Source of the DNA: a virus
Lineage: Duplodnaviria; Caudoviricetes
Reading direction: 5' to 3' (one strand)
IMG/VR virus record: IMGVR_UViG_3300047282_000552
Span: 1-42,211 of that record
DNA: 42,211 nucleotides
Shown here one piece after another: positions 19,207 to 27,390 of this stretch. Every line of letters starts with the position of its first letter. Position 1 is the first letter of the stretch. A model generated the notes under the pieces. That model was not told the DNA's origin, made no database searches, and worked only from the letters and a program-made list of their open reading frames with translations. The translations under genes were made by a program, and so were the position numbers.

Positions 19207-20520
19207 ATGCCAGCATCAACACTATATAGAGTAACTTTACCAAATGGAACATCTGGAGATGTAACTTGGACAGAATGTGAAGGAAATGAAGTGACTATCT
19301 TTGTACCTTCAAAAATAGGTTCAATAATATTCTCCGCACAGAATGGACAATATACTGTTCCTCCTGGATCCGTTGTAGAAACTTTTGGTACTTCTGCAAG
19401 TGATTGTTTATCTTCTTCTATTACTTTTACAACTACAACAACTACAACTGCGGCACCAACTACAACCACAACTACAACAACGTTAGCACCATCATCATTT
19501 AGTTTGGGATATGATGCTTCTTCAGCTGCAAATTCTTGTTATGATTTTGCATCATCACCAACAACTTATTATTCTTTTGGTGGTACCGTTTTACAAAATA
19601 CTCTACAAATATTTACGGATAGTGGATTAACAACACCGGCTCCTAATGGATACTATTCAAATGGAACATATTATTTTATAATAAGTGATAATGGTACTTT
19701 AGATGATAAGGGAACTTGTTTATCGGTTACAACAACTACAACCACAACTACAACTACAACCACAACTACAACAACCACAACAACTACAACCACAACAACT
19801 ACAACAACTACAACTGCAGCACCAACAACTACAACTACTACGGCTGCTCCAACAACTACAACTACTACAGCTGCTCCAACAACTACAACTACTACAGCTG
19901 CTCCAACTACAACAACTACAACCGAAGCACCAACTACAACTACAACAACGGCTGCTCCAACAACTACAACTACAACTGAAGCTCCAACAACAACCACAAC
20001 AACTACAACTGAAGCTCCAACAACCACAACAACTACAACAACCACAACAACTACAACAACTACAACCGCAGCACCATCTTATTTCTATTGGAATGCAACT
20101 TATTGTGGAGGCGGAAGTGCAGGGGTTGTTAGATTTAGTGTTGACCAGGTAACTAATAGTGTATTTGATTTGGGTAGTTATGTGTGTGTTCAATTAACAA
20201 CAACTGCAACTGGTCCTTCATACGATATTGACTTGGGTGATGGTTCTAGTTATGTAGGAAATAATTGTAGCTCATGTCCAACACCACCAACGTCAACTAC
20301 AACAATTGCGTATGAATATTATGATTACGAACCTTGTACGGGCGGTAGTGCATACACTGGACCAGTTTATTCAGTAGAAGTAGTAGCCGGTGATGGAGCT
20401 CCGGGATGTGTAGCTTATCTTGGAACAGTATATTCACAATATAGCGGCGTTTATTCCGGACCTGCAAATTATACGTTATTAACAGGATATAGTCTTGTTT
20501 CTTGTGGATTGTGTCAATAA
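19207..20520 (+). CDS. Mucin-like Thr-rich protein with Cys-containing globular modules, probably virion-associated
   Basis: Poly-Thr and T6-AAP/T6-EAP repeats separate small Cys/Tyr-rich domains; no signal peptide or transmembrane segment is evident. Confidence 0.75.
   Translation: MPASTLYRVTLPNGTSGDVTWTECEGNEVTIFVPSKIGSIIFSAQNGQYTVPPGSVVETFGTSASDCLSSSITFTTTTTTTAAPTTTTTTTTLAPSSFSLGYDASSAANSCYDFASSPTTYYSFGGTVLQNTLQIFTDSGLTTPAPNGYYSNGTYYFIISDNGTLDDKGTCLSVTTTTTTTTTTTTTTTTTTTTTTTTTTTTTAAPTTTTTTAAPTTTTTTAAPTTTTTTAAPTTTTTTEAPTTTTTTAAPTTTTTTEAPTTTTTTTTEAPTTTTTTTTTTTTTTTTAAPSYFYWNATYCGGGSAGVVRFSVDQVTNSVFDLGSYVCVQLTTTATGPSYDIDLGDGSSYVGNNCSSCPTPPTSTTTIAYEYYDYEPCTGGSAYTGPVYSVEVVAGDGAPGCVAYLGTVYSQYSGVYSGPANYTLLTGYSLVSCGLCQ
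19729..20076 (+). repeat. Coding ACN-triplet tandem repeat (poly-Thr with 27-bp AAPTTTTTT units)
   Basis: Runs of aca/act/acc codons with recurring gctgctcca/gaagctcca; a shorter tract lies at about 19423-19483. Confidence 0.9.
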
Positions 20521-20555
20521 AATACAAATTTATTAAAGAGTTAATTTTAAATGTT

Positions 20556-22553
20556 ATGAAAAAATTACGATATATTTGTTGTCAACCGGCAATTACTTAT
20601 TATACTTGGCAAGTTGAAGTATTAATTAATAACTTCAAAAAAATGGGAGTAAACCCAAACTACATTGATATAGTTTGTGGGATAGAAAATGGTATAATTC
20701 CAGATGAATGGAGAAAATTGATGTTACATTATAATAGTGTTCGTTTTTTCTTTTACAACGATACAAGAACCGATAAAAGTTATCAACCTGCCATTTATTT
20801 TAATTTGATGAAGCAACACATCGTAGCTAGACCGGAAATACATGATGATGTTTTATTTTTACATGATTCTGATATAGTTTTGACAAGACCTCCTAAATTT
20901 GATGATATGATAAAGGGTAATTCTTGGTATTTAAGTGATACTAAGTCTTATATAAACTATAATTATATAAAATCAAAGGGAGATTACATATATGAAAATA
21001 TGTGCCGAATAATTGGGATAGACCCATTAATACCAAAGTTATTAAATAATAATTCAGGTGGAGCTCAATATATAGTTAAAAATACTACATATGAATTTTG
21101 GGATAAAGTTGAAAAGGATAGTATTAATCTTTACAAATGGTTTTGTGATAATGAAAATTTGCATGTAAAAAAAACAGAATATGATTATCCCATACAAAAA
21201 TGGACTGCCGGAATGTGGTCTTTACTATGGAATGCTTGGTTAGCAGGGCATGAGACAATTGTAGATGAACGTTTGGCATTTGGATGGGTGACGGGTCCAA
21301 AAAATGAAGTTGAAAAATACGGAATTCTTCACAATGCAGGAGTTGTGGCCGATTCCAATAGCCCACATTGCTATGCCAAAGGTTTATTTTATAAAGGAGC
21401 TTATATGAATAAACTTCCATATTTTGAAAATTTAAAAATAAGTGATGAATTTGCTTCATCATTTTATTGGAAAGAAATTTGTGAAACTGCAAATAAATCC
21501 ATTTTAATTGAACAAACTCCTGAAACTAAAATTAAAAATGATTTTAACAAATACAAAATTACAAATTTACAAATAGACCCATACGGTGTATGTAATGCTA
21601 AGTGTTGGTTTTGTCCAGTAAGATATAAAGGTAATCCTGATCATGGAAAGGAAGTAATGAGTCCTGAATTATTTGAAAAAATTATTAAAAATCTTATAGA
21701 TGAAAGAGAAAGACCCGATGGATTAGTTAGTAAAAATTTTAATGGATTTTATACAGCACATTATAACGAAGTTCTTTTATACCCACATTTTGAAGAAATA
21801 TTAAAGATATGTAGAAAATATAAATTGGTAACAATGGTACTTTCAAATGGAATACCATTAACACCGGAAAGAGTTGATATACTAAAAGAATATCAAGATG
21901 TATTGAGTGGTATATGTTTGAATACACCTGCATTTGATGCAGAAACTTGGAGTAAAAGAAGTGGTATTAATATAAAACAATTTGATAAACTTATATCAAA
22001 TATAAAATATGCAACTGAACAATTATCTGATATGGTAAAAAGAAAAGCGTTTTCAATTCAAATTAATGGTTCACATGAATTATCTTTTGGTGATAAAGGT
22101 GGTTGGTTAGAAAAAGGACCAGAGTTTCCAAAAGATATGGATTTGGATGTTAATAATGGGGAATTGGTTCAACAGGAGAAAAAAGCAAAAGAATTATTTC
22201 CTGGTGTAAATATTTTTACGGTTCCATATCTAATTGATAGAGCGGGATTGTTGGATGAGGTGATGAGTAATAAACCTGCAATTGAAAGAAATTTAAAAAG
22301 AAATGTTGCCGATAAAAAAGTAATTGGATGTGCAAATGGTAGAGAAGTTGGTGGTAGACCAATCGGATGGGTTCATGTAAATGCAAGTGGTAAAGCCTTC
22401 CTTTGTTGTAATGATTATGATATGGAAATGCAATGCGGAGATTTCAAAACGCAGGAATTAAGAGATTTTTGGGGAACTGATGAACATATAAAAATGGTTC
22501 AAAAATCATATGAAACCATTTGTAGAGGGTGCGCTTCTGCTATTTTTGAATAA
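20556..22553 (+). CDS. Fusion: GT-A fold glycosyltransferase (SGT1/HPAT-like) + radical SAM/SPASM-twitch domain
   Basis: N-terminal YYTWQ, YQPAI, DxD (HDSD), GGAQY and WTAGMW motifs. C-terminal CxxxCxxC (CNAKCWFC), YNEVLL, SNG and GC...LCCND...CRGC. ATG 20556 is preferred over the track start. Confidence 0.75.
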   Translation: MKKLRYICCQPAITYYTWQVEVLINNFKKMGVNPNYIDIVCGIENGIIPDEWRKLMLHYNSVRFFFYNDTRTDKSYQPAIYFNLMKQHIVARPEIHDDVLFLHDSDIVLTRPPKFDDMIKGNSWYLSDTKSYINYNYIKSKGDYIYENMCRIIGIDPLIPKLLNNNSGGAQYIVKNTTYEFWDKVEKDSINLYKWFCDNENLHVKKTEYDYPIQKWTAGMWSLLWNAWLAGHETIVDERLAFGWVTGPKNEVEKYGILHNAGVVADSNSPHCYAKGLFYKGAYMNKLPYFENLKISDEFASSFYWKEICETANKSILIEQTPETKIKNDFNKYKITNLQIDPYGVCNAKCWFCPVRYKGNPDHGKEVMSPELFEKIIKNLIDERERPDGLVSKNFNGFYTAHYNEVLLYPHFEEILKICRKYKLVTMVLSNGIPLTPERVDILKEYQDVLSGICLNTPAFDAETWSKRSGINIKQFDKLISNIKYATEQLSDMVKRKAFSIQINGSHELSFGDKGGWLEKGPEFPKDMDLDVNNGELVQQEKKAKELFPGVNIFTVPYLIDRAGLLDEVMSNKPAIERNLKRNVADKKVIGCANGREVGGRPIGWVHVNASGKAFLCCNDYDMEMQCGDFKTQELRDFWGTDEHIKMVQKSYETICRGCASAIFE

Positions 22554-22587
22554 TTAAAAAATATATACTTATATATAAACAAACTTT

Positions 22588-22872
22588 ATGGCAACAAAAA
22601 CTGAAAAATTATCAGAAGATATTATAGAAAGTATAAAAACCTTACAGGGTGATGTAAATAGTTTAATTTTTGATTTAGGACAAGTAACGTTAAGAACAAG
22701 AGAATTAAACTTAGAAATTGCACGTTTGCAAGAAATTAAAAAGGAAGTAGAGGACAAAATTGATAATAAAGGGTTGCAATTAGAAAATATTCTTTCCGAT
22801 TTACAAAGAAAATATAAAAATGCAGAAGTTGATTTAAAGGATGGTACGGTTAGTTTTGAAGTATCTGAATAA
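22588..22872 (+). CDS. Coiled-coil hypothetical protein, paralog of 26982..27341
   Basis: Shares the pattern KLxExIIExIK...DxGQ...KY-x4-[VI]DLKxG; preceded by ATACTTAT (22565-22572). Confidence 0.7.
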   Translation: MATKTEKLSEDIIESIKTLQGDVNSLIFDLGQVTLRTRELNLEIARLQEIKKEVEDKIDNKGLQLENILSDLQRKYKNAEVDLKDGTVSFEVSE

Positions 22873-22899
22873 TATTATATTTATAGTAAAATAACAACA

Positions 22900-23199
22900 A
22901 TGTTAAAGAGTAAAATACAGGAATCCACATTTGGTACTCAAAAAATCAACAGGATACTAACTAATGTTTTGAGTTATGATTTGGGTACTGATGATTGTAG
23001 ATTAAGATACGAACTTAGATTTAGAGATTCAAATAATTCACCTGCAGAACCAGATGATATTATTACATCTGGAATTTGGAAAGTTCCACAAGAGATTCTA
23101 AATGGTTGGACAGGAAGAAACGAGTTTTTAGCTGAAAAACTATGTGAATTCTTGGGATACACTATTATAAAACATTTATCTCAATCTGAGGTAGATTAA
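22900..23199 (+). CDS. Hypothetical protein (99 aa)
   Basis: ATG ORF 15 nt after ATATTTAT (22877-22884). Confidence 0.65.
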   Translation: MLKSKIQESTFGTQKINRILTNVLSYDLGTDDCRLRYELRFRDSNNSPAEPDDIITSGIWKVPQEILNGWTGRNEFLAEKLCEFLGYTIIKHLSQSEVD

Positions 23200-23231
23200 T
23201 TTGGAATTTACGAATTTTTTTCGTATATTTG
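23200..23231 (+). promoter_or_regulatory. Bacteroidota-type sigma70 promoter (-33 TTTG, -7 TATATTTG)
   Basis: Exact TTTG-N20-TAnnTTTG; the ATG is at 23238. A TACGAA-N5-TTCGTA palindrome (23209-23225) spans the spacer and overlaps the -7 element. Confidence 0.7.
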
Positions 23232-23237
23232 TTATAT

Positions 23238-25415
23238 ATGTCAAAACAAAAGTTACTTTATGTATGTCCACACCTATCCACCGGTGGACAACCACAATAT
23301 ACCTTTAAACAGGTTAAACACTTTGTAAACGATTTCGAAATAGAAGTTGTTGAAATAAACAATAGTGGTGGCGATGCGTTTGTTGTTCAAAAAAATAGAA
23401 TTAAAGAATTAGTACCTGTACATACTTTGGGGGAAGATAAATCTCAGATTCTTAATATTATTGAAAAGTTTAATCCGGATATTATACACTTTCAGGAAAT
23501 ACCTCAATTTGATTTATCTGAATTTGTATTAGATGTAATCTTTAGAAAAGATAGACCTTACTTTATTTTAGCAACTACACATGGTTCTTTCACAAATCCG
23601 GTGGATATTGCATATCATCCAGATAGATACGTTTTGGTATCGGAATGGAGCAAACAAAGATTTGATGATGCTGAATTAGGAGTAGAAACAACTCTTTGGG
23701 AATATCCGATTGAAAATTATGTATTTAATAAAGAAGAAGCACAAAAACAATTAGGGTTTGAATCTGATTGGAAACATGTTTTAAATGTTGGATTATTTTC
23801 ACCTGGAAAAAATCAAGGAGAAATATTTGCAATAGCAAGACAATTAGAAAAATACAAAATTAAATTTCATTTCGTAGGCAATCAAGCTATGAATTATGAA
23901 AATTATTGGAGACCACTTATGGAAGCCGTTCCACCTAATTGTGTTATATGGGGAGAACGAAACGATGTTGATACATTCTATGCGGCATCAGACCTATTTT
24001 ATTTCTCATCTAAATTAGAATTAAATCCATTATCAATCAAAGAAGCATTGAGTTATAAACTTCCATCTATATTCCGAAAGTTACACACTTATTTGGATAC
24101 ATACGATAATAACTCATTGGTAACTTATATTGATGATGATTTAAAAATAACTAAGAGAATTATATTAGAAAAATTAAATCCAGAATTTAATGAAGTACCA
24201 GGATGGTTTGCATATAGAGAGTTGTATAATAGTGTAATTGATAATGCTATTGGTGGCGAAACATTTGTAGAAGTTGGTGCTTGGTTTGGTAAATCAACAA
24301 ATTATTTAGCAAGTAAAATAAAAGAATCTGGTAAAGATATTGATTTTACCGCAATTGATACATGGAAGGGTACTGATGATGAGAAATTACATCAAAGTAT
24401 AGTTAATGCTTTTAATGGGGATATATTTTATGAATTTATAGACAATATGGTTTTATTGGAAAATTATGAAACAATAAAAACTATAAAAGATACATCTAAA
24501 AATGCAGCAAATACATTTTCAAATAATAGTATTGATTTTATTATGATAGATGCGGGACATTCGTATGAAGCATTAATAGAAGATTTAAATGTTTGGTATA
24601 AAAAAGTAAAACCAGGTGGAATTATTAGTGGAGATGATTATGGTGTATTTGGTGGAGTTACTACCGCTGCAAATGAATTTTTTTATGGTCAATTCCATAC
24701 AGGATTTCGTTCATTTGTAAGAAGAAAACCTCGTATCCAAATTAAACATATGTTGACTAGACCGGATGATATGAGAGAAAGAGTATCCATACAATCTATA
24801 AAACAATTGGAAAAATATGGAATGGTGTATCAACCAATTGTAAATAAAGTTTATGAAGGATTAGCACCTGCTGAAAATTGTAGAAGGCCTGAACATATAA
24901 GTAAAGATAATAAACCGGGTGAATTATATCCTGGTGCTGGATTAGGTTGGATGACTGGTAGACACTATGGGTGTTATTTGGCACATAGAAACGCATTAGA
25001 AACAATAGATGATGAAAACTTTGATTATACTTTGATATTTGAAGCAGATGCATTTATCTATACGGGATTAGAAGAATTTGTAGATATTGTACATAAGGCA
25101 TGTTTTATCTCAGAAAGAGATGATGTGTACTTTATTGGATTAGCGGATAACCCATCAAGAGAAAAAACAAAAGTAGATGAACTATTTACCAAAACTGCAT
25201 ATAATCAAGACCTTGCACATGCATATCTAATACCGAATAGAACAAAAGGGTGGTGGATGGAAAGGTTAAAAGATTGTGGTTGGGATGTTGGAGATTTATG
25301 GTATAATCATGTATTTTATCATCATCCAAAAAATAGATACACTACAAATAAAATGTATTCAAAACAAGCGGAAGGATTTTCTCTTTTAGATTTGACAGTT
25401 AAAACTTGGGATTAA
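23238..25415 (+). CDS. Three-domain fusion: GT4-like glycosyltransferase + class I SAM methyltransferase + GT25-like glycosyltransferase
   Basis: GT-B motifs PHLSTGG, VGLFSPGKNQ and SKLELNPLSIKEAL. Methyltransferase motifs VEVGAWFGKS, IDTW, IDAGHSYE and KPGGIISGDDY. GT25-like motifs GCYLAH, LIFEAD and AHAY. Confidence 0.8.
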   Translation: MSKQKLLYVCPHLSTGGQPQYTFKQVKHFVNDFEIEVVEINNSGGDAFVVQKNRIKELVPVHTLGEDKSQILNIIEKFNPDIIHFQEIPQFDLSEFVLDVIFRKDRPYFILATTHGSFTNPVDIAYHPDRYVLVSEWSKQRFDDAELGVETTLWEYPIENYVFNKEEAQKQLGFESDWKHVLNVGLFSPGKNQGEIFAIARQLEKYKIKFHFVGNQAMNYENYWRPLMEAVPPNCVIWGERNDVDTFYAASDLFYFSSKLELNPLSIKEALSYKLPSIFRKLHTYLDTYDNNSLVTYIDDDLKITKRIILEKLNPEFNEVPGWFAYRELYNSVIDNAIGGETFVEVGAWFGKSTNYLASKIKESGKDIDFTAIDTWKGTDDEKLHQSIVNAFNGDIFYEFIDNMVLLENYETIKTIKDTSKNAANTFSNNSIDFIMIDAGHSYEALIEDLNVWYKKVKPGGIISGDDYGVFGGVTTAANEFFYGQFHTGFRSFVRRKPRIQIKHMLTRPDDMRERVSIQSIKQLEKYGMVYQPIVNKVYEGLAPAENCRRPEHISKDNKPGELYPGAGLGWMTGRHYGCYLAHRNALETIDDENFDYTLIFEADAFIYTGLEEFVDIVHKACFISERDDVYFIGLADNPSREKTKVDELFTKTAYNQDLAHAYLIPNRTKGWWMERLKDCGWDVGDLWYNHVFYHHPKNRYTTNKMYSKQAEGFSLLDLTVKTWD

Positions 25416-26557
25416 TGATTTACGATAATTTAGTTAAAAATAATAAAAATAAAGTAGAAATACAAAACAAAGTTCATTATCACTTTGTCAAAGGACCATT
25501 TATTGAAGTTAAGGGGTCTAAATCTGCAAAATATTTAGTAAACTTTATTGATAATAGAAATGGTAAAGTTTATTTTTCTACTGAAATAAATAATAATTGT
25601 TGGTGTAGATGTAGTATTGAATATTTTGTAGAATGGAAAATACAGATATATGAAAATGGAAAACTTTGGTTTGAACATTTATTTAATCCAACTGGTAAAA
25701 GAATTTATATAGCTTTAGATTCAAAGGCGTTAGGAGATTCATTGGCTTGGTTTCCGTATGTAGATGAATTTAGAAAACAATATAATTGTACGGTGATTAC
25801 ATCTACATTTATGAATGATATGTTTAAAGAAAAATATCCTGAAATAGAATTTGTTGAACCTGGAACTAATGTAACTGATTTATATTCTATGTACACAATA
25901 GGTTTATTTTATAACGAAGATAATAGTATAAATCGTTTTAAAAATCCGGTAGACCCTAAATCGGTAACACTTCAAAAAATGTGTTCAGATATTTTAGGAT
26001 TGGAGTTTAAAGAAGTAAAGCCAAAAATTAAAAATATTAAAAAAGTAGATAAAGAAAACCAAATTTGTATAGCTACATTTGGTACGGCACAATCTAAATT
26101 TTGGAATAATCCTACTGGATGGCAAGAAGTGGTGGACTGGCTAAATAATAGAGGATATAAAGTTAAACTAATATCTAGAGAGCAAGATGATTATATGGGT
26201 AATAAACATCCTATTGGTATAGAAAGACATCCACAAGGACCAATAGAAGATGTTATGAAAGAATTAAAAAAATCACACGCATTTATTGGAATTGGTAGTG
26301 GATTGAGTTGGTTAAGTTGGGCTTTAGATGTACCAACGGTTTTGATAAGTGGATTTTCATATAAGTGGGCTGAAATGGAAGATTGTATTCGTATTGGTTC
26401 ACCGCAAGGAAAATGTGAAGGATGTTTTAATCGTTTGAGACTAGATCCGGGTGATTGGAATTGGTGTCCTGACCATAAAGGAACTGAAAGACAATTTGAG
26501 TGTACTAAAACAATAACAGGAGATATGGTAATAAAAGAACTTGAAAAATTCTTATAA
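25415..26557 (+). CDS. Protein O-heptosyltransferase of the Aah/TibC (BAHT) family
   Basis: ALGDSLAWFPY, CIATxxTAQSKFWNNPTGWxEV, FIGIGSGLSWLSWA-x3-PTVLISGFS and the iron-finger cysteines CxxC...WCPxHKGTxRQFECT all match the family as I recall it. TAATG coupling to the upstream gene. Confidence 0.85.
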   Translation: MIYDNLVKNNKNKVEIQNKVHYHFVKGPFIEVKGSKSAKYLVNFIDNRNGKVYFSTEINNNCWCRCSIEYFVEWKIQIYENGKLWFEHLFNPTGKRIYIALDSKALGDSLAWFPYVDEFRKQYNCTVITSTFMNDMFKEKYPEIEFVEPGTNVTDLYSMYTIGLFYNEDNSINRFKNPVDPKSVTLQKMCSDILGLEFKEVKPKIKNIKKVDKENQICIATFGTAQSKFWNNPTGWQEVVDWLNNRGYKVKLISREQDDYMGNKHPIGIERHPQGPIEDVMKELKKSHAFIGIGSGLSWLSWALDVPTVLISGFSYKWAEMEDCIRIGSPQGKCEGCFNRLRLDPGDWNWCPDHKGTERQFECTKTITGDMVIKELEKFL

Positions 26558-26946
26558 TGAAAAAAGTTTGGGTAAACGGTACATTTGATATTCTACATAT
26601 AGGGCATATAAAACTTTTAGAACATGCTGCAAAATTTGGAAATGTTAGAGTGGGGATTGATACTGATGAAAGAGTTTCTAAAAAGAAAGGAGATGGTAGA
26701 CCGTATAATTGCTTAGAAGATAGAATGGAGTTTTTGCGTAGTATTAAATATGTTGATAGTGTTGTAGAATTTGATTCTGACGATTCTCTTATTGAGAGAA
26801 TAAAAGAATGGGAACCTGATGTTATGGTAATTGGAAATGATTACAAATATCATCAAATAATAGGCGTAGAATATATTCCAAAGGTAGAATTTTTTGATAA
26901 ATTATCTGGATATAGTACAACAAACATTTTAAAAAACCAAAAATAA
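26557..26946 (+). CDS. Cytidylyltransferase-superfamily sugar-phosphate nucleotidyltransferase, most like HldC/RfaE domain II (ADP-heptose synthase)
   Basis: NGTFDILHIGH, GIDTDxxV-x2-KGxGRP, YVDxVxxF, GNDY and YSTT motifs; TAATG-coupled to the heptosyltransferase. Confidence 0.75.
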   Translation: MKKVWVNGTFDILHIGHIKLLEHAAKFGNVRVGIDTDERVSKKKGDGRPYNCLEDRMEFLRSIKYVDSVVEFDSDDSLIERIKEWEPDVMVIGNDYKYHQIIGVEYIPKVEFFDKLSGYSTTNILKNQK

Positions 26947-26981
26947 TATACTTATATATACAAAAATAAAAACATAAATTT

Positions 26982-27341
26982 ATGGCAGAATTAGATAAAA
27001 TTCCACAAAAAACTTCAGTTGAATTGGAAACGGTAAAATTGGAAGAAGAAATTATTGAAAAGATTAAAGAAATCAATAACGATTTAAATGCAATTGTTAA
27101 TGATTTTGGACAAATCTACATTAGAAAAAAAGAATTAAACGAAGAACTTGTTAGATTGGATGAAATTCTTGAAAAAGGTGAAGATGCATTCAAAGACAAG
27201 AATAAAGAATTAAAAACTATCATTGATTCTTTGGAAGAAAAGTATCCAAGACATCAAATTGATTTAAAAGAAGGAATTATTGTTTATCAACCGGGCGCAC
27301 CTAGCAGACTTCAGCAACAAAACGCACCGATTGAAAAATAA
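26982..27341 (+). CDS. Coiled-coil hypothetical protein, paralog of 22588..22872
   Basis: Same motif pattern as 22588..22872; preceded by ATACTTAT (26948-26955). Confidence 0.7.
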   Translation: MAELDKIPQKTSVELETVKLEEEIIEKIKEINNDLNAIVNDFGQIYIRKKELNEELVRLDEILEKGEDAFKDKNKELKTIIDSLEEKYPRHQIDLKEGIIVYQPGAPSRLQQQNAPIEK

Positions 27342-27390
27342 TAAAGTTGTAAAAGACTAATCCTAATATTTATATAGTATAGAAAACTAT

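Noticed and set aside
19729-20076. Possible CRISPR array or satellite
   Set aside because: No unique spacers between constant repeats; it is an in-frame coding low-complexity tract, and no cas genes are present
19197-20193. Poly-Val, poly-Gln/Leu, Asn/Tyr-rich and Cys/Ser-rich ORFs in other frames
   Set aside because: They are shadows of the ACN-triplet repeat. Only the Thr frame has a proper start, flanking globular domains and gene packing.
23238-26946. DNA hypermodification (glucosylation) role for the glycosyltransferases
   Set aside because: No hydroxymethylase or other base-modifying partner is nearby, and the best family matches are protein/glycan transferases located beside fibre genes. 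This role is disfavoured, not excluded.
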